A stretch of DNA of 63,205 bases, the filler included. It is 8 parts of 8 records of this genome, joined end to end, with 100 filler letters (N's around TTAATTAATTAA, not from the genome) between each part and the next. Parts side by side here need not be neighbours in the genome. Positions count along the whole stretch, not along the records: positions 46,063 to 56,149 come from SRR31147125_24388; positions 56,250 to 63,205 come from SRR31147125_24484; 6 more parts are not named here. The stretch is one strand, 5' to 3'. Below, in pieces: positions 46,134 to 59,109 of this stretch; the stretch's first letter is position 1, and the number at the start of each line of letters is the position of its first letter. Both the position numbers and the translations under genes were made by a program. The notes below the pieces were generated by a model. It searched no databases, was not told where the DNA came from, and saw only the letters and a list, made by a program, of their open reading frames with translations.

Positions 46134-48544
46134 TTAACGGGAATATTTGTATTTACGAACAGCATTATACAACAAACCAATTATTACTACCAATAGCATG
46201 GGAGCCAGTATGTTCAGCCATTGCCAATAACTTTTTTGTTCGCGTAATTTTACTTTGTCGAGCAAACGCATTTTTAGGGTTCTGTTACGTAATTGCATAA
46301 TTCCCCGGTCATCGTTTAAGTAATAAACAGCATTTAGCAGAAATTCTTTATTGCCCCATTTTCTGTTGGCCACTCTGTCAAATCCCAATTCCTGAATTTG
46401 AGGCGAACTTCCCGAATAATTCACACGATTGGCAATTAAACCGGCATCGGCAACAACAATCATTTTGGTAGATTTACTTTCGGGCAAGATTGCTGAAGAA
46501 GAGAATCCTAAATGTTCTGCCATTCGGTTTTTATACAACGAAGTAAATGTTCCTTCAACCAACACCCCCACCGGAATAGATGGCTCGTTAAACAGTTCTC
46601 GCGTCGGCGGATTATCGATATTTTGCAAACTTACCGACGATGGCGCCTTAACTCTTCTGGCGTATTGCGAGGTGGAAAGGACAACTGTTTTCTTTAGTCC
46701 GGAGTTACCGAAAATGGTATCAATCGATGAAACATACTCGGCAAAAACACGATTTAAATTTCGGCTAAGCGGATGATTATTTCCGGGTGTTAACAAGGGA
46801 GAATAATACCAGGGATGCAATGTATATTTTGCTTGGTTGCCTGCAGGTGCAGTATTTACCGGAATTTCGACACATTCAACATCCTGCAACAATTCGTAAT
46901 TCATTCTAACACCATATTTAAACAACTGGTCGCCCAGGTTAATATCGTTCGGGAAAGAAAATGTTTTATATCCACGCGATAAACTGTCGGCATTAATTTT
47001 TACAGGATCTACCAGCCACATTACTTTTCCGCCATTCATAATATACTGGTCGATAATAAATTTATCTACCTCATCGAAAGGCATCTCCGGTCCCGCAATA
47101 ATCAGCATGTCGAATTTATCGGCGAACTCACCGAGCGTTTGTGTTGAGATTCGTTTCACATCAAAATCGTCCGATAAAGTGTTGGCAAAATCAAGAACCT
47201 GGTATTGGTCGAATTCGCCATGCCCTTCTAAAAAAGCGATGGTTGATCTTTTAGGACGCATGAGTTTCTGAAAAGCATTTACCAATTCAAATTCAACACT
47301 TTCAGTAGAATAATTAAAATTATACTCGTGCGAAAAATACGGATTATATTTCAAGAAATTAACGGCAATTTCTTTATCTCCAATTCTTATTAATGCCCCC
47401 GGAAAAATTAATTTCGTACTAACCCCTTTTTCTGTTTTATGCCTGAAACTGGTGGGCTTAATTCCTTTTTCGTAAAGCTGCTGAATTAATTCTTCGCGCT
47501 TTTCGGTATTCGTTATTTGATATGGATTTGTAAGCTTAACACGAATAGCACTGGGAGAATATGCATTTATAACGGCTATTTTTTCAAACACTTCGCGCTG
47601 TAATTTTTTTAGTCCCGGCTCGAGATCTCCTTCAAGGAAAAACTCTACCAAAACCGGCTCATAAATTTCGGCAGCCACTTGTTTACTTATTTCTGAAAGC
47701 GAGTATCGTTTATCGGCAGTTAAATCCATTCGGAACATAAAACTGTTTGAAAAGAAGAAAACTACAATGGCAACTAAACCAATAATTACAGCTTTTCTTT
47801 TTACCCCTTTATTATTCAATTTCCCTTTTCGTAATATTAACGTTGTTGCATAAAGAAAAAGGAAAGTCATTCCTACGAAATAAATAATATCGGGTAAATC
47901 AATTACTCCGCGCGATACAGCCAAATAATGGGTATTAATACTTAACCACGACAGTAATTGCTCTACAGCATATAAAATCCCCGATGATGCAATAAACTCG
48001 AATCCCAAATAAAACACGAAAGAAACCAACATGGCCAGTATGAACGACACAATTTGGTTATCGGTAAGTGCCGATGCAAAAACACCAATTGACACATAAA
48101 TAGCCGCAAGAAAAAACAAACCGAAAAAAGAGCCCCAGGCTGCACCAACATCGATACTTCCAACAGGATTCCCGAGTAAATAAACGGATAAAAAATAAAG
48201 CAAAGTTGGAAGAAGTGAGAAGATAACCAGTACCATTCCGGCCATAAATTTTGCAAGAACAAGACCAAAATCGGAAACCGGGCGTGTTAATAAAATTTCG
48301 ATTGTTCCACTACGTTTTTCGTCGGCAAAAAGCGCATTGTAATTGCCGGCACCAAAAACAAATACAACCATGGAGCCAACGAAAACAGGCCATTTAAAGT
48401 TGCATAACCGTTATCGGGAATATTATAGTCGCCCGGAAAAACCCACAAAAATAGTCCGGTTACCAACAAAAATACCAGCACCGCCAAATAACCAATCAGC
48501 GAGCCAAGGAATGTTTTTATTTCTTTTTTAAATAAACTATACAC
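46134..48544 (-). CDS. gldG: Fused GldF (ABC permease)-GldG protein; frameshift near 48327
   Basis: FKKEIKTFLGSLIGY...PAITMR-FADEKRSGTIEILLTRP (GldF) continues without a stop into RMDLTADKRYSLS...IAFLEGHGE...WQWLN (GldG). Confidence 0.85.
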
Positions 48545-48559
48545 TTTTTAGTTCCAAGT

Positions 48560-49698
48560 TTAAAGTTTCGAGTTCAAAGATAAAAGCTTTACCATTTTTT
48601 CGGCAGCCCGTTTCGAACAGCCGGGCTCTCCCATTAACTCGTGCATTTCGCGGTAATCGTTCAGAATTCTTTCGCGATAATCATTGTCAGACAACAATCT
48701 ATCTAATTCCGCCGAAACGTTTTTCAAGGTCATATTTTTCTGAATATATTCTTTTACTGCCATTTTTCCCAGGATAATATTTGGCAGCGAGGCCCATGGA
48801 ATTTTTAATATTGCAGACATAATATAATGAAAAACAATACCTCCTTCAACCTTATACAACACTGTTTGTGGAACTTTAAATAACGCTGCTTCCAAGGCTG
48901 CGGTGCCAGACGTAATCAGAGCTGTGTGCGCACGACTTAGCACTTCGTAAGTTACATTAAACAATAAATGTATATCACTGCCCTGTAAAATATCGGCATA
49001 CAATTTTTTATCTACAGAATTTACACCTGCCAACACAACCTGAAAGTCAGTTCTTCCTTCAACGGCCTTTATCATTACCGGAAGCATATTTTTTATTTCC
49101 TGCACCCGACTACCGGCTAAAAGAGCAATTATTGGTCTTTCATCAAGGCCATTCTCTTTTCTAAAAATGGCGTCTGTTTTAGCCGAATGCTCAAATTCTT
49201 TAATCGAATCGAAAAGAGGATTTCCCACATAATTAACATCGATACCATGTTTCTTATAGAATTGGGTTTCGAATGGAAATATGGTGAACATCTCGTCGAC
49301 AAAAGCACGTATTTTTTTACCCGGTACTCTTTCCAGGCCCATAGTTTCGGAGATATGTAATAATAAACTTTTATATTGTGTTGTTTGGCGAATTCGGCAA
49401 TTCTTAAGTTAAATCCCGGATAATCAATTAAAATTAAAACATCGGGTTTATAATTCAGTAAATCTTGCTTGCAGAATTCCATGTTTCGCTTAATTGTTCT
49501 AATGTTCAGCAAAACATTTAAAAATCCCATAAAAGCCATTTCGCGATAATGCTTAACAAGCTCGCCACCTACTTTCTTCATTAAGTCGCCACCAAAAAAT
49601 CGGAACTGCGCATTGTTATCCGCAACGTTCAATTCTTTCATCAGGTTCGAGCCGTGCAAATCGCCCGAAGCTTCGCCGGCAATAATATAGTAACGCAT
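48560..49698 (-). CDS. lpxB: Lipid-A-disaccharide synthase; frameshift in the A-run near 49315
   Basis: YYIIAGEASGDLHG, IDYPGFN, SPKLWAW, LLAGSR, SGTAALE. Confidence 0.93.
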
Positions 49699-49998
49699 TT
49701 AAAAAGCTCTTGAAATTAACACTACAAAGGCATAAATAATAGTTGCGCCCAGAACGCCCCGGGCAGCTTTTTCGTATTTCATTTTTAGATATATCCAAAA
49801 CACTGCAACGTTGGCAAAAACGCACAAGCTACCCAATTTTACAAGCGCCTGCATGTACCACATTCCTTTTATATAATCAAAAAATGGCACTTGATTTTCG
49901 CCTATCAAATAAACGATAAAAAAGATAATTATAGGTAGCAGTGCACCGGTTATTAAACCAACACCAACTTTGTCGAACTGTTTTTGGCGCTTAGACAT
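49699..49998 (-). CDS. Hypothetical membrane protein
   Basis: Three hydrophobic segments; packed tightly between surE and lpxB. Confidence 0.8.
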   Translation of the reverse strand: MSKRQKQFDKVGVGLITGALLPIIIFFIVYLIGENQVPFFDYIKGMWYMQALVKLGSLCVFANVAVFWIYLKMKYEKAARGVLGATIIYAFVVLISRAF

Positions 49999-49999
49999 A

Positions 50000-50761
50000 T
50001 TAAAAATTCCATTTTTTTAGCTGCTCCAATGTTTTATAGCAAGTCATATCAACGTTAACGGGCACCACCGAAGCGAAATTGTTTTTTAATGCAAAAATAT
50101 CAGTCTCCTCAGCTTCTTCTTCAAAGTTTTTAAAGTATCCGGCCAGCCAGTGGTATTCCCGACCGTGTGGATCAATACGTTTTTCAAACTCTTCAACCCA
50201 TTTTCCGTGTGCTTGCCTGCACAATTTAATTCCTTCAGGTTTTCCTTTCGGAATATTCACATTAAGGCATGTAAACTCTGGTATGCCATTTTCCATAACA
50301 CTCTGAAATACTCTCGCAACAACCAATTTTGCTTTCGAAAAATCGGCATCCGGATTAAAATCATCCAACGAAAATCCGATTGACGGCACACCGTGTAATC
50401 CTCCTTCAATAGCAGCCCCCATTGTTCCGCTGTAAATCACACTAATCGATGAGTTTGCTCCATGGTTAATTCCCGAAACCACATAATCAGGTGCTCGTTC
50501 TAGCAGACTGTTAAAACTTAACTTAACACTGTCAACCGGAGTACCATTGCACTTAAAGGTTTGTACACCATGTATTTTTTCAACAGGAACAGCTCGCAAT
50601 GGATAATCAACAGTTATCGAAGATGCTTTTCCTGACATTGATACTTCGGAAGAAATAACAACCACTTCTCCAAAAAACTGCATAACTTCTACCAATTCAC
50701 GCAAGCCTTTTGCATGAATCCCATCGTCGTTGGTAACTAATATTAAAGGTCTGTCTGACAT
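50000..50761 (-). CDS. surE: 5'/3'-nucleotidase SurE
   Basis: ILVTNDDG, GTPVDSV, VSGINHG.N, YSGTMGAA.EG. Confidence 0.96.
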   Translation of the reverse strand: MSDRPLILVTNDDGIHAKGLRELVEVMQFFGEVVVISSEVSMSGKASSITVDYPLRAVPVEKIHGVQTFKCNGTPVDSVKLSFNSLLERAPDYVVSGINHGANSSISVIYSGTMGAAIEGGLHGVPSIGFSLDDFNPDADFSKAKLVVARVFQSVMENGIPEFTCLNVNIPKGKPEGIKLCRQAHGKWVEEFEKRIDPHGREYHWLAGYFKNFEEEAEETDIFALKNNFASVVPVNVDMTCYKTLEQLKKWNF

Positions 50762-51079
50762 ATTTTCTTAATTGAGGAACAAAGATAACCAGAATTTCAA
50801 AGCACAAGAGAAGCCACCTGATAATAAAATCATTTCCACAAAAAAGACCATCTCAGCTATTCCCTTAGACACACATCAGCATTTCGCCTAAGCAATGAAA
50901 ATTAAAATGGGACTTTTAAACCCCTATTATCAGCAATAAAAATTTAAGTATTGCTTGCATTCAAAATAATTTTGGAAATACAATAATGAATTGAAACCAC
51001 TACTGCAACACTCGCAGTTGAGCAATCTAAAATTTATGTTTTAAGAAAAAGGTTAAATAATCCAACATAATAAGAGACC

Positions 51080-51694
51080 ATGAAATCACCCGTTTTTGCT
51101 ACCCTATTTTTCTTTTGTTTGGCCATCACTTGCAATGCACAGTGGACCTATAAAGAAATGTCGAAAAACAAACACTTCTTCTACTCATCGGGAGATTACA
51201 TTGTTAGTAAAAATAGTGCAGGAAATGTTGGTCTTAATTATGTGTATAAAAATAAGTTTTCTTTCTCTGTAGGTTATTCAGCTACAAATAAATCGAAATT
51301 TCCTCTACCTACTGATTTTCTGAAATCAGGCAATGAGGTTTCTGCACTCGATAATATTCAACCATTTCAAACTTCAGATAACATTCATTTATTGGCAGGC
51401 CGTATTTTTTCACTCTCTGAAAAAAGGTCAGTTCGCTTATTACTACAAGCCGGACCTGGTGTTTCAAGCAACAAATGGCCTGAATTTTACACACAAAATA
51501 ATACAATCAATTACAAAATGGAGACATCCCATAAACTAAGTATTATTGTAAATCCGAAGTTAGAAGTGCCACTTTGCGCAACATTCGGAATATCAGCCGG
51601 GCCAATGTTAATTGCCAACAAAGACAAACAATATTTAGGCGCAGGTATTGGACTGATGTATGGAATTATTGGCAAAAACAACAATAAGCAATAA
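51080..51694 (+). CDS. Hypothetical exported (probably beta-barrel) protein
   Basis: Signal peptide ending CNA-Q; alternating aromatic/Gly strands. Confidence 0.7.
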   Translation: MKSPVFATLFFFCLAITCNAQWTYKEMSKNKHFFYSSGDYIVSKNSAGNVGLNYVYKNKFSFSVGYSATNKSKFPLPTDFLKSGNEVSALDNIQPFQTSDNIHLLAGRIFSLSEKRSVRLLLQAGPGVSSNKWPEFYTQNNTINYKMETSHKLSIIVNPKLEVPLCATFGISAGPMLIANKDKQYLGAGIGLMYGIIGKNNNKQ

Positions 51695-51934
51695 CAAGAT
51701 TAAAATCCTCCCAATACAAACATATTCTCAACACACAAATAAAAACTTCACTAAGAAAACACTTACCAAATATGAAATTTTGCCGAAAGCCCAATCAGGC
51801 ATTTTCTTACACCCAATCAGTTTTTTTCATTTACATTACCGGTTATTACAGCGTTTTTTTCTACCTTTAAAAAATAAAGAAAGACGTAAACCCATTCGTT
51901 TTAATAATGTAACTATTTAACATTATTGATTGGC

Positions 51935-52965
51935 ATGAGAAAAATTCTTGCAGTTGATGATAATAAAATAAACTTAGAACTACTGGCTCAAATAGTTAAG
52001 ATATACTATCCTGAGTTCAAATTTCTGAGTTGTCTAACAGGCGAAGAAGGTATTGAAATTGCCAACGAAGAAAACCCTGATTTAATTCTACTAGACATAA
52101 TGATGCCAGGTCTCGACGGATACGAAACCTGTAAAATCCTTAAGGACAGCAGCCAAACAAGACACATTCCAATTATAATGGTTTCGGCCCTGGGGCATAA
52201 TAGTTCGGAAAGAACGAAAGGTCTTAATGTTGGTGCCGATTCTTTTATTTCAAAACCATTTGATCAGGTTGAGCTAAAAGCCCAAATAAATGTTGCTCTC
52301 AGAATAAAAAAATACCATAACAACTTAGAAAACTAAATTCAGAAATTACTCTTATTGAAGAAAACGAACGGAGACGCATTGCTGAAAACCTCCACGATAG
52401 CCTGGGACAGACATTGTCGTTGGTATTTATGCACTTATCTTCGATAAAACTGGAGGAATGTCCTCCCAAGATGACTACAACCATTGAGTATACATCAAAA
52501 CTATTAAATAAGGCAATTGAAGAATCGCGGTCGCTAACTTACGATTTAAGTCCTCCTATTCTATACGAATTGGGTCTTGCTCCCGCTATAAAGTGGAAAC
52601 TTGAACGTTTTGAAAAAGAGTTCAATATTAAAACAGCATTTGTAGTTAAAGAGAATGACGAAAATTTCAGTAAAGAATATAAAATATTTCTATACCGAAT
52701 TATCGGAGAACTACTTAACAATATAAATAAACACGCACAAGCTACGGAAGTAATTGTCAGGTTATATTCGAAAAACAATTCGTTTGTAATGACTGTTGAA
52801 GATAATGGTGTAGGAATTGACAAAAGCAAAATAAAATCGGCATCAACAGCAGGCGGTTTTGGCTTGCTTAGTATTTCTGAAAGAATTGACAGCATTAACG
52901 GAACGTTTGCAATTAATAATCAAGAAGTTGGAACAAAGGCAAAAATTACAATACCTTTAAATTAA
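51935..52965 (+). CDS. Receiver-HisKA_3-HATPase hybrid kinase; frameshift near 52320
   Basis: ILAVDD, LLDIMMP, KPF; then QLRKLNSEITLIEENERRRIAENLHDSLGQ, NINKHA, EDNGVG, GFGL. Confidence 0.88.
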
Positions 52966-53029
52966 GAAACAAAAAACTCCATCATAAAAAAAGGAAAACC
53001 ATTGAAGTTAACCACGTAAAATAAAGATT

Positions 53030-53677
53030 ATGAAAATTAAAGTTATAGTAGCCGACGACCATCAACTTTTCAGAGAAGGATTAGTTAACCTGCTACATAC
53101 CGATGACGGAATTGAAGTAATTTCGCAAGCGGAAAACGGAGAAGAAGCTATTGATAAAGCAGTTCACTTTCAGCCAGATATACTTTTAATTGATATTGCC
53201 ATGCCAAAAATGAATGGCATTGAGGCCACTAAGCTTCTGAAAGTCAAAGCTCCTGAGGTAAAAATCATTGCAGTATCGATGCATTCTGACAAGCAGTATG
53301 TAAAAGGAATGCTGGAAGCAGGCGCCGACGGTTATTTATTAAAAAACTGTACTCACCAACAACTTACAAGTGCTGTTCGCTCGGTTTATGAAGGAAAAAA
53401 ATTCCTTAGCGAGGATATTACGGAACTTGTAATTAGTGGCTATCTTGATTCGAAAAACGAAGGCGACGACAACTACAGCCTTTTATCGGAAAGAGAAAAA
53501 GAAATATTTTTGTTGCTTGCAGAAGGAGCATCAACCCGCGAAATTGGAGAACAACTTTTTATTAGTGTAAAAACGGTTGGTACGCATAAACAAAATATTC
53601 TTGAAAAACTTGAATTAAAAACCAACTCCGACATTGTAAAATTTGCCTTAAAGAAAGGACTAATCCATCTTGATTAA
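53030..53677 (+). CDS. NarL/LuxR-family response regulator
   Basis: VADDH, DIAMP, YLLK, LSEREKEI...ISVKTVGTHK. Confidence 0.95.
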   Translation: MKIKVIVADDHQLFREGLVNLLHTDDGIEVISQAENGEEAIDKAVHFQPDILLIDIAMPKMNGIEATKLLKVKAPEVKIIAVSMHSDKQYVKGMLEAGADGYLLKNCTHQQLTSAVRSVYEGKKFLSEDITELVISGYLDSKNEGDDNYSLLSEREKEIFLLLAEGASTREIGEQLFISVKTVGTHKQNILEKLELKTNSDIVKFALKKGLIHLD

Positions 53678-53720
53678 TTTTTCTATTTTATCCTCTGAAT
53701 CTTACGATTTAATTTACTTG

Positions 53721-53758
53721 ATTTTAGCATGTCAACTCAAATATTGACATGCTAAAAT
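53721..53758. terminator. Perfect 15-bp inverted repeat (terminator or operator)
   Basis: ATTTTAGCATGTCAA-ctcaaata-TTGACATGCTAAAAT. Confidence 0.6.
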
Positions 53759-53804
53759 TTATTTATGTCTAATGTCTGATAATTTTCAGAGAATTATTTT
53801 TTGT

Positions 53805-56149
53805 ATGAAAAAAACTGCTGTACTACTCATTTCTATTATCTGTTTTATAAACACTTACGCACAAACAGAAAAACGTCCCTTAATTTTCGACGACATTTTA
53901 AAATGGGAACGAATTACTGAAACACACCTTTCGAACGACGGGAAATATATTGTTTACAAACAAGATCCCTGGAAAGGAGATTCGAAGTTAAAAATTGTAA
54001 CGGCATCGGGAGAAGAAAAAGCCACCTTGAATTATGGAACTAAGGCACAAATTACTTCCGATTCTAAATTTCTTGTTTATACACAAAACCCTCCTGTAGA
54101 TACGGTAAGAACGTTAAAATTAAAGAAGACAAAAAAGGAAGATCTTCCGCAGGATAAACTTGTAATTTACAATTTATCTGAAGGCACTTCTGAGCTTGTT
54201 GAAAAAATAAAAAGCTCGAAAATACCGAAAGAATGGGCAGGCTGGATTGCTTACCAGGCAGAGGAAGCAAAAGATTCAGTTAAGGCGAAAAAATCAAAAA
54301 AGGACGATAAAAGCTACCCACTGTTTATTAAGAATACTGAATCAAATGAAATAACAAAAGTTCCTGCGGTAAGCAGCTACGTTTTTGCAGAAGAAAAAGA
54401 GGTATTGACTTTTGCAACTAAAGGCGACAGCACATTCAAGGCCGGCGTTTATGTTTATAAACTTAGCGAAGATAAGAAGCTAAAAATACTTGACGGAAAA
54501 GGTAAAATTGAACAGCTTTCGATTAACAAAAGCGGAGACAAGGTTGCTTTTATTGCCGACACAACAGGGGCTAAAAAAGTAAACTATTCTCTTTTCTCGT
54601 GGATAGGAGAAGGAGATGCCAAACTTGTTTTAGACAATTCGGATTCTGCAATTCCTGAAGATTGGGAAATAAGTAAAAACGGGAGCCTCTCTTTTTCAGA
54701 GAATGGAAAGCGTTTATTCTACGGAACTGCGCCCAAAGAAGCAGAGAAAGACACGACTATTTTAGATGAAGAAATTCCGGCTCTGGATATTTGGAATTGG
54801 AATTCGGAAAAGCTCCAAACAGTTCAACTGCATAACAAAACAAAAGATGCCAAGAAAACTTACCTGGGCGTACTTCATTTAAATGAAAACAAAGCTGTTC
54901 AATTAGAAACTGAAAAATTTAGCAGAATACGCAAAATAAATAAGGGCGACGGAGATAAGTTACTTGCCTATTCGAACCGTCCTTATGCCGTTCAAACAAT
55001 GTGGGAAGGCAGTCCATACCACAACGATTTTTATTTGGTTAATATAAATACCGGCGACGCTGAATTGATAAAAAAAGATTGCCGGGCAACTCCTTCTGTT
55101 TCGCCTGCCGGAAAATTTGTTTACTGGTACAATGCAGTTGACACAAGTTGGTATACCTATGAGATTACAAGCGGAAAAGAACGAAAAGTTACCAATCCAA
55201 AACAGATTCAAACAGCCAACGAACTAAACGATGTTCCTAATCTTCCGCGTCCTTACGGAAGTTCCGGATGGATAAAAGATGACGAAGCCTTTTTAGTTTA
55301 CGACCGTTTTGATATTTGGAAAGTAGATCCTACAAATTCGGCCTCTCCTGTTAATATCACAACCGATGGAAGGAAGCAACAAATTAGTTACCGACTGGTT
55401 CGCTTTAATCCGAAACCGGGAGAAGGAATTGATCCAAAAGAACCAGTACTGTTAACAGGACATAACGAAGTTACACGAGCAGATAATCACTTTTCGTTTA
55501 GCTTACAAAAATCTCAGGCTCCTAAAATTCTTTTTTCTGAAAACTTTAAATTAAATACTCCGAGGAAAGCGAAAGATGAAGACCTTGTGGTATTTACAAA
55601 AGAGAATTTCGAGACTTATCCAAACCTGATTGCCACCAATTTGAATTTTAAAAAGCAAACACAGATTAGCGATGCCGCGCCTCAACAAAATGAATTTATC
55701 TGGGGAACTGCAGAATTGGTAAGCTGGCGCTCGTTAGATGGAAGACTTTTAGAAGGCACATTACACAAGCCTGCTAATTTCGATCCGAATAAAAAGTACC
55801 CTATGATTGTGAATTTCTACGAAAAAAGTTCGCAACGATTGTTAAGCTACCACATGCCCGAATGCCACCGCTCAACTGTCGATTATCATTACTACACCAG
55901 TAATGGCTATGTAATTTTTAATCCCGATGTTTATTACAAAGAAGGTTATCCGGGAGAATCGGCATTTAATTGTGTAATGCCGGGAGTTAACGCAGTGGTT
56001 GCAATGGGATTTGTTGACGAAAACAGAATTGGCGCCCAGGGACATAGTTGGGGAGGTTATAAGGTTGCTTACCTTGCTACACGTACCAATATGTTTGCGG
56101 CTATCGAATCGGGTGCACCGGTTGTAAATATGTTTAGTGCATACGGAGG
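53805..56149 (+). CDS. S9 family (prolyl oligopeptidase-like) peptidase, 3' truncated
   Basis: Signal peptide, propeller region, KKYPMIVNFYE, GAQGHSWGGY nucleophile motif. Confidence 0.92.
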
Positions 56150-56516
56150 NNNNNNNNNNNNNNNNNNNNNNNNNNNNNNNNNNNNNNNNNNNNTTAATTA
56201 ATTAANNNNNNNNNNNNNNNNNNNNNNNNNNNNNNNNNNNNNNNNNNNNAAAGCAGCCAGGACGCCTATTCTGTCTGCTATTCAATATGAGTAGGTTAAA
56301 CAATTTCAACGAATTGGAGAACCGATTGATCAGTGATTTCATTAACCTAAGCTGAGTTTTATATTGTATTGATGTTAGTGTCTTGAAATTATAGCTTAAT
56401 ATTGGCATAATTAAGACTGCTAAGTATTCACACAATTTGTTTGAAACCTTGGTCAAGTTCATTATGGAACAGAAAAACCGAAGGGTGCAAATGAGACATT
56501 AATCGGAGGATGCATT

Positions 56517-56840
56517 ATGACCGACAAATTTATTAAAGTAGTTCTGGTTGGGATTTTGATATGTCTGATCATCATGACATTCAAATCAATTAATTTAAAT
56601 GTCACATCACAATCGCCAACTGTAAATATTGATAATGATCAGCAGTTTATTCAAATTGCTCCCAATCGAATAGGCATCGTTGACACTGGCATTCATACTG
56701 GATATAAAGGCCAGTTAGTCGTTTTCGACTTTGATCCAACTTCAAAAACATTTAGCTATGTTGAAACCCTTAATGCTTCATATATTTTGGATCATCCCGA
56801 AGAATATGGGATACCTATTAACAGCAAGGATTTGCAATAA
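56517..56840 (+). CDS. Hypothetical protein with N-terminal membrane anchor
   Basis: GGAGG RBS; hydrophobic N-terminus. Confidence 0.7.
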   Translation: MTDKFIKVVLVGILICLIIMTFKSINLNVTSQSPTVNIDNDQQFIQIAPNRIGIVDTGIHTGYKGQLVVFDFDPTSKTFSYVETLNASYILDHPEEYGIPINSKDLQ

Positions 56841-57048
56841 ACCTTGTTATTTAGTCCGTCTGTTGCTAATCATATAGGCGCTTAGGAAGATGTTTATCCA
56901 GTTAAAATACTGAAAGATATGGCGGTGAACTGGATAAATCCTTTTGTCCAGTTTTGGCATGGTAAATTTGATTGGGCAAATCATAAGCGCGTAAAATGCA
57001 TAATCAGAGAATTAAATTGACATATCTGTAATTGACAAAGGAGACATC

Positions 57049-57978
57049 ATGGGGATTTTCGACAAAATAAAAGGACCAATATTTCTCAAAGAAGACAGCA
57101 GAGCCGAAATTCAACTTTCTGCATTGCATGAGCTAACGAAAACTGCTACTGGCAAAATGGCTGGTAAACTAGATCAGGAGATTAAACTTGTTGAGGCAGG
57201 AATTTACGGTGAGAATACCATAAAATACGAACTGAAAAACAGTCATATTCCAATGTTTGTTCTTCATGACTTGTATTTAGAATTTGGTGGTTTATCTGCT
57301 CAGATTGATTTTCTGATTATAACTAGGAAACACCAGTTTATAATTGAATGCAAGAATCTCTATGGCAACATTGAAATTACGAATACAGGTGATTTTATTC
57401 GAACAATAACATTTGGTCGGCATACCCGAAAAGAAGGGATATATTCTCCAATTACGCAAAACAGACGCCATCTGGAATTAATAAAAAAGATTCGCAGCGC
57501 CGAAAAAGGAAACATATTGTCGAAAGCGTTGTTTGAGAAATATTTTAGCAATAATTACAAATCAACCGTTGTTCTAGCAAATCCCAAGACGATCTTGAAT
57601 GCGAGACGTGCTAAGAAAGAGATCAAAAACCAGGTTATTCGTGCTGACCAATTATCGGATTATATTCGAAAAGTTGATTCTGATCCTGATGCAGTTACAT
57701 CATCTGAAAGAGATATTGAAACACTAGCACGGTATTTCCTTGACATTCATAAAACAATGACTGTTGACTATACCGCTAAGTTTCGAGAGCAACTTGTGGC
57801 GATCGAAGAGAATCATGATGTTCCAGACTCAAATAAAAGTAATGACCAGATATTGTGTCCGACCTGCGGGGCAGCTATGATTCGTAGAAAAGCATCCAGA
57901 GGGGCAAATATTGGAAAAGAGTTCTATGGCTGCTCAAAATTCCCGAAATGTCGAGGGGTCGTTTCAATTGAAGAATAA
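57049..57978 (+). CDS. NERD-domain nuclease-related protein with C-terminal topoisomerase-type C4 zinc ribbon
   Basis: GIYGE, AQIDFLII, IECKN; CPTCG..M.RR...FYGCSKFPKC. Confidence 0.9.
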   Translation: MGIFDKIKGPIFLKEDSRAEIQLSALHELTKTATGKMAGKLDQEIKLVEAGIYGENTIKYELKNSHIPMFVLHDLYLEFGGLSAQIDFLIITRKHQFIIECKNLYGNIEITNTGDFIRTITFGRHTRKEGIYSPITQNRRHLELIKKIRSAEKGNILSKALFEKYFSNNYKSTVVLANPKTILNARRAKKEIKNQVIRADQLSDYIRKVDSDPDAVTSSERDIETLARYFLDIHKTMTVDYTAKFREQLVAIEENHDVPDSNKSNDQILCPTCGAAMIRRKASRGANIGKEFYGCSKFPKCRGVVSIEE

Positions 57979-58362
57979 AACAGGTTCTGATAATGATTTA
58001 ATTGTAATAGGGAGATCTTCAAAATAGTCAAAAAATCGTTAAAGGGACTATATTTGCTGAAATATGACAGAACTCTGGTTTTCAGCAGCGGGTGATATGA
58101 AAGTCAATGGAATATGGAGATGATAAAATTTTGGAATTATAAGGGGGAGATCTATCCGAAATAGGCTTGAGTCAAATTCTGAAGAATAATATGGCATAAT
58201 TATGATAATAAATTGTTGGTTATGACATGTTTAAGGTGAAAGTGCTACTTCAGATATAGCTTTTGATACTATATTTCCTTATGGCGACACCATGCAAGCT
58301 GAGTACCCGTGCTATTATGAAAAGGAAATGGTTCGCTCAATCTATTAATGGAGGTCAGTTGT

Positions 58363-59109
58363 ATGAAAAGGCTCCAAGTTTTAATGCTCATTGTATTATC
58401 AGTTTCATTTTTGACCTTTGGATGCCGTGCATCACTAGCGCAGCAGAATGGACAGGTGGAAACACAACTCAAACCACTAGTAATTTCAAATGAAACAAAT
58501 CCCGTGAATTCTATTGATAGTTTGCAGGTAACTGTCGAAGATGATGTGCGGTATGTGTCTATTCAAACCAGCAGAGAAGCTCCATATCGTTCAATAGATG
58601 AGTTAGAAATTGCAACTGAGTTCATATTTACTGGTGAGTGTATTTCATATAAGTCGATTTTCCAAAATGATACGCTTTATACATTGTCGGGGGTGAGAAT
58701 TTCACAAGTGTTTAAAGGCGAATTAAGGGTTGGTGACACTGTGTAAATTCTGGAGTTGGGCGGCAGAGCGACAGTCGGTGAATATGCGATTGGCTGCTCA
58801 ATTGATGAAAAAGCATTTTATCAGAAAGACGATAGGTTACCAAATGATTATAAGATCATCGTAGGTTATGATGGCTACTTCCCGCTTGAAATTGGTGATA
58901 GAGTATCAATGTTTGCCCATGATGAAAGTGGCTTTTTGGAAGACAAAGAGGGACCAGTGTATTATGCAGCCGGTGATTACGAGGGTAAGCTGTATCTTCA
59001 AAACAATGGAACGTATACGCAAATGATACCTGCTCAGAATAACGAAACAGATTATGCTAGAGAATCACTGACCATTTCAATTGAGCAGTTAGAAAAAATG
59101 ATTGGGTGA
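58363..59109 (+). pseudogene. Probable lipoprotein interrupted by an in-frame TAA at 58744-58746
   Basis: GGAGG RBS, lipobox LTFGC; reading GDTV*ILELGG joins ORFs 58348..58746 and 58756..59109 in the same frame. Confidence 0.7.

Noticed and set aside
9029-56249. Repeated TTAATTAATTAA element, and functional links between adjacent contigs
   Set aside because: It is an artificial linker; adjacency across it has no biological meaning.
58744-58746. Stop-codon reassignment or readthrough at the in-frame TAA
   Set aside because: Other genes on the same contig end normally at TAA; this is a single nonsense change or base error.
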